A DNA stretch of 64,000 bases, from positions 25,792,001 to 25,856,000 of the forward strand of contig OX597833.1 in assembly GCA_951406725.2 (NCBI GenBank). The letters run 5' to 3'. Shown here piece after piece: positions 58,710 to 64,000 of the stretch. The position numbers and the translations under genes were made by a program. How positions within the stretch are numbered: the stretch's first letter is position 1; every line of letters starts with the position of its first letter. The notes beneath the pieces were generated by a model. That model made no database searches, was not told the origin of the DNA, and worked only from the letters and a program-made list of their open reading frames with translations. This DNA is from Octopus vulgaris. Its lineage: Eukaryota.

Positions 58710-59040
58710 TAGCACTCCGTCAGTTACGACGGTGATTGTTTCTGTTGATCATATCAACAGAACAGTCTGCTCGTGAAATTAACGTGCAAGTGGCTGAGCA
58801 CTCCACAGACTCGCGTATCCTTAACGTAGTTCTTAGGGAGATGCAGCACGACACAGAATATAACAAAGCTAGCCGTTTGAAGTGCATGTACTATTACTCA
58901 TTTTTGACAGCTGAGTGGACTGGAGGAGTGTGAAATGAAGTAAAATGAAATGAAGCTGAACGACACAACGAGACACCAGGAATCGAACTCACGACCTTAC
59001 GATTATTAGGCGAAAACTCTAACCGTTAAGCCACGCCTCA
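58710..59040 (-). mobile_element. tRNA-derived SINE, head B plus tail Z
   Basis: Head as at 32760-32902; tail ctgctcgtgaaattaac...ccttaacgtagttc matches 11060-11120 in reverse. Confidence 0.78.
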
Positions 59041-59049
59041 TTACTACAG

Positions 59050-59575
59050 GTATCGTATAAGTCATTGCTGGAATAGCAAGACTGTTGTATTTTATTTTCC
59101 GCTGATATACAATTGTCATCGTTATGCAACGGCAAAAATGTATACAGACCTACACATGCATGCACCCAACCACGCAGCACTGCCTGGCGGTCTTAGGGGG
59201 CCGCCTGAACTCCTTTGCTACTAGAATTCCTTTGGTACCAGAACCATTGCTCGGATTTCATATCCAACCAACGACTATATTCAGAACCAAGGATGCGTGC
59301 AGTTACTTGTATGATTCAGACGCATCAGCTTAGACTGTTCCGACTTGCTGCTCGAGTTTTTGAGCTGGATCCTGCGTACTGCATTCTATTCTCTGAGGAT
59401 CCGACTGGGGTGACAGCACGTGTTGGTCGGCTATATGCTTCATGGTCATGGCAGATGAGGAACTATTTCGCAGAGATGGGATCTGACAGTAAGGATGATC
59501 TGAGCAGATAACGACAAATAGTGGATGCAACGGCGAACTGCAGTGGCGTATGCTCCCTTACCTGACCTGACCACA
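59050..59575 (+). mobile_element. RTE-clade LINE 3' end
   Basis: RLNSFATR..W...DFISNQRLY...V...IQ..QLRLF...AR...DPA..IL...GR...SW; ends in short tandem acctg repeats. Confidence 0.75.
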
Positions 59576-59699
59576 TACGCACACATACACACGCGCAAAA
59601 GCGCACGCATATACACGTTGCTCCATCCATCCATCAATGCATCCTTCCATAAACATACATACATACAAACGTATTTGCTAAATATTTATTCTTTTATTA

Positions 59700-60113
59700 T
59701 TTTCGTTGTTCCAGTCATTTGACTACGGCCATGCTGGAGCACAGCGTTTAGTCGAACAAATCGAGCCTAGAAGTTATTCTTTAGAAGCCAAGGACTTATC
59801 CTATTGGTCACTTTTTCCGAACCGCTAAGTTACGGGGACGTAAACACACCAATATCGGATGGACATAAACACACCAATATGGTAGATGGAGAAACACAGA
59901 CACACTAATACACACTACATACACACACACACATATGTATATATGTATACGACATGCTACTTTCAGTTTCCATCCACCAAATCCACTCACAAAGCCTTGA
60001 TCGACCTGAGGTTATAGTTGGAGACACATGCCGAAGATGCCACACAGTAGGACTGAATCCTGAACCATGTGGTTGGGAAGCAAGCTTCTTAGCATTCAGC
60101 GAGTCCTGCGCCT
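59700..60113 (-). mobile_element. SINE family D copy
   Basis: Same modules as 36604-36952. Confidence 0.85.
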
Positions 60114-60683
60114 AAATAAAGAAATTATGTGAAAACGGCGCCTTTCGTGGAAGCTTTTGCCTGCTTCTTAAGACCGTCTGATTCGTGCTTGACCGCTGTT
60201 ATAGAGTATATTAGGGAAAATCTTGCGGTTACAGTTCCCTTTGTCTGCACATTATATTTCAACGTTCTATACAAGTCATTCAGATTGCATTTTAAGATAA
60301 CAATGAAAGCGACCACCAAATTCAAGGTATCGCTTTAAGTGCGACATGATGATCGTATATGGAATTTAATTCACTATTAAAAGCTATGACCAACGAAATG
60401 GAAGTGACCAAATTGTAATTGAGAGGAAATAATTAAAGTGGATGACATAGATGCTGCTGAAGATTAATTCAAAGGGAAGTTGTTTGAAGAGGAATGATTT
60501 AGATGAAGGAAACATTAGAAAGAAAAAAAATAGATGCCTTGCTAGGAGAACACATAAAATGAGTTCAGAAACATTATAGGCCATGTTACACCTAGCCTCT
60601 GATCAAAGACAGGTAATTATTTCAACGAAACAACTGTAGCCTAAACAATCCAATGGAAAGTGAAATGTGTTTAGTCATCAAAA

Positions 60684-61995
60684 TATTGGATTATCATAAC
60701 TTCTTTATTTTTTTTAATTCAATGCCATTTGAATTAACACAAAAATATTTTCCTCATAGTGTCTTAAGGTTTATTTAAGTCTGTTGTTTCTCTACGTTTT
60801 TGGAAGTTGAATAAATTTCACCTTTTGCCAGGCATGTGACGATGTGGTGTCATGTAAGAAAAGGAGAAAAAAATGAATAAATAAGATAAACGTGCATTTT
60901 CGACACCCGTCTCTCTTTAATTGAAGAGTGAAGGCTCGAAAGCTGTTAAAGCCGCTCATGGCATTTGTGTTGTGTACAGAGACGGTGCTATCATTGAAGA
61001 AACTGCACAGAAATGGTTTAAAACTACAAGGAAGACTCTCAGACTATTCAGGCCAACCTAGCCAATTCAATGAGGATCGATTGTACGAACCAATGCACGA
61101 GTTTCTGCTGAAATTCACGAGATAAATGGTGTAACTGATTGTATGCTGTCATGGTACCATCACCCGTCACCTTACTTCAACGGGCAAGGTTTAAAAACAC
61201 GGTGTATAAGTGCCACACTCTCTAATCTGAGCAACAGAGACAAACTCCAGGGTTTCTTGACTGCCGCCAGTTTGGTCACTTGACACCGGACTACTCGTAA
61301 GTACAAACACAAATTTCTTTACTGTATCATGAGTGGCGTTCAAAAATAGAATGTTTAAGTTAAAATGTAGCAGAGATAACAATGGCTACAGCTCAGCAAG
61401 CATGCAACGGCTCGAACAAAGCCAGAGCTACATTCACAGAAATCAGTGGCCCGTGTTTGATAGGGCTAGTAAATGCTAATCCACTACAAATTTCTTGAAA
61501 GTAATATTATCGATACTGCAGTGCTTTACGTTCAGCAAATGCATCGTTTCAGCGAAGCATTCCAGCTGAAACGACTCATCCAGTGACACAACATTGCATG
61601 CATCTTCAACACGACAACGTTCGCTCCGGTTCGCTAATTTGACCAAAAGCGATGTTTCAGAGCTCGCTTGCAACGTTCTACTGCACCTCCAGCCTCATAT
61701 TCTCCTGCTAAAGTGCCTTCAGATTATTATTTTTTTTAGGTTGTTCTCTAAAAGTCTGCCAGGCATTTTGATCAATAACATACGTTTTGAGGCTGGAAAC
61801 GCGGATCACTGATTTGTCCGAGTCAAGAAACGATGATTTTTACCGCCAAGGCTTTCACATGCTAGTGGAATATTGCCAAGAGGTGACGAACAATGAATGA
61901 GAATACATTATTGATTGATATGTTCGAATTGTTGATGAAAAATATGGTTTAAAATAAATGGGGAAAAATCGAAGTAATTAATCTGACAGTCCTCT
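60684..61995 (+). mobile_element. Decayed mariner transposon (second lineage)
   Basis: QKWF, G.*VPH.L, degenerate HDNA and HPPYSPDL.PSDY, C-terminal FYRQG...LV...QEV....EYIID*; ends tentative. Confidence 0.75.
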
Positions 61996-63462
61996 GTACA
62001 CTGTATTCTATAGACATGAACGTTAAACAAATATCAAATGTAACACAATGGAATTGCGGTATTACCACGATTCACTAGGTTAAAACTATTCAAGATAAAT
62101 CGATCAGTAAATTCATTTTAATTAACATTGAAGAATACAATTTATCTAGTTTTAGAAGTCTTCTACCACGAACATTTTCGAATTTGGAAAACATGCATCA
62201 CCTTAAACGACACTGATACAAATATTAACATTGAACGCAAGAGAGTCATTATTCTTCCTTAAATCGCTGTAGGCCAAGAAGAATAGAAATGGACACGTTG
62301 CTGTATGAGCAAGGAGATACGCTAGCGCGCAAATACCAGATCTTATCGGATTATTCACTGAGAAGTAGAATAGAATGCACTAACATAAAGCTATAAAGAG
62401 ATAATGGATTTGTATCCCATAATACTAACGGTTAGGATATGGAAAGAATTAGAAAATCCTTTGACATATAAACAATCTAATAGTTACAATAAACACGAAC
62501 CTGAATTTTTTTTCTGGGCGTAATAATAAACTTAAACACAAGACGAAGTTACACTAATAAATAATGGTTCCAAGTTTTAGACCAAGACCAGCAATTTTAG
62601 GCTGGGGATAAGTCTATTAAATCGACCCCAGTGTTCAACTGGTGCTCAGGTTATCGACTGCGGAAAGGTGAAAGGCGAAATAGAACTGCGCAGAATTTAA
62701 ACTCAGAACGTAAAGCGCACGAAATACTGCTAAACATTTTGCCCGCTATTCTAACAGTTTCGCCAGCTCGCCGCCTTAAGTTACATTTATAAATATTATA
62801 ATAAAAAAAAGTACAGTTATCAAGTGTATCACAGAAATATTCATTAGGTGCATTTTTATCATCGGCTAAAGAGAAAATCTAATAAAGCCACCTGCAGGAT
62901 TCTAAGCATAAAACTACTTCAAAATAGGCTAAAGTACATAGAACAATGGCGTACATGCTCATTTTTAATAATTCTAGCAAATTCGATGTTACATTTCATC
63001 TTCGGAGAACAAACTCTCCTTTCCGACGATGTATATTCTCCACAGACCCGATACATTGAAATGAAGGGGATTTGAGACCCCCTGATATTTTGATCTGGTT
63101 ATGTAACATTGAAGAAATAAAATGTTGATTTGTGTGTATAGTGTAATGTACTGAAATAGTACCACTATAAAAGGCATTCTTACCTCATAGACTAAGCATA
63201 GAACTAAACGTATAGCAGCCAAGTTTATTTTAAACTGGCCTCCGCTGTCTTGAGACGAGAATCACGTGTTCAGCAATGTATCACAACTATACAAACACAA
63301 TGGAATATTTTTGTTTACAGGTCGGATTGACTAGTGCTGACCTACATATAACTGACCCGATATCTTCGTTTGGTGAAAAGAGATTATTACAATGCAGCTA
63401 CTTTGGAAGGATATATCTAATAGCAAAAACAAATATTGCATAGTCGTGTTTTAGAAACTTAC

Positions 63463-63564
63463 CCTCTGGAAGGCTTTGATGAAAACCGACGTGCTGCCAA
63501 ATTGTGTTGAGCTCATACTCTTGAGTAAGGCCGAGAGGAAATCTTTACAGAATGTGTAGCTCAC
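63463..63564 (-). CDS. PLEKHG7: DH-PH RhoGEF (PLEKHG7-like), first exon in window (DH domain), VSYTFCKDFLSALLKSMSSTQFGSTSVFIKAFQR
   Basis: Acceptor cttctactcttgcag|GTG and donor AGG|gtaagt; 102 nt, phase 0-0, open frame; joins in frame to the next exon. Gene identity comes from recalled similarity of the spliced protein to vertebrate PLEKHG7, not from a search. Confidence 0.85.
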
Positions 63565-63727
63565 CTGCAAGAGTAGAAGTGAAAATTCATATATCTATAT
63601 CTATATATATGTATGTAAACAAATGTGTGTGTATGTGTGGTGTGCGTGCGCGTATTCCTGCGCGTTTAAATATATACATATATATGAATGTATGCATAAA
63701 TATATACTCACATACATATGAATAACA

Positions 63728-63800
<73 letters not shown>

Positions 63801-64000
63801 TTCATTTTTTATTTTTATCAACCTTTTGAGGAATGCAGTAAGGATCTGTCTTTTTTTAAATTTTGTTTTGAAGAATACGCAGAGAGGTCAATGTAAATAA
63901 CAATGTTCAGATTAACAAATACTGGATGAGAAAGATCAGTTGATTGTTCTTCAGTGCACGTTTATTTTTACCTTTAATGAATTTAAAGACTGTTTGACGA

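Overview
Eukaryotic, very AT-rich and microsatellite-saturated DNA. The SINE, Penelope and Dong repertoire suggests a coleoid cephalopod such as Octopus (inference). The window holds the 3' part of one minus-strand gene, a DH-PH RhoGEF most like PLEKHG7. I assembled nine GT-AG exons by hand (63564->5654); they are phase-consistent and total 1125 nt (374 aa plus stop), and the 5' exons lie beyond the window. The 3.7-14.5 kb introns are filled with tRNA-derived SINEs, Penelope-like elements, Dong/R4 and RTE LINE fragments, mariner transposons and MITEs, a Helitron helicase relic and an L1/Tx1-like ORF1 relic. The most striking unannotated signal is a set of about 11 type-I hammerhead-ribozyme-like motifs with palindromic stem III. 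Two are intact mirror-image copies inside a 216-bp near-perfect inverted repeat (22662-23109). Other candidates are a pre-miRNA-shaped intronic hairpin, an in-frame cassette exon and head/tail-swapped SINEs. Almost all ORFs in the supplied track are microsatellite artefacts.
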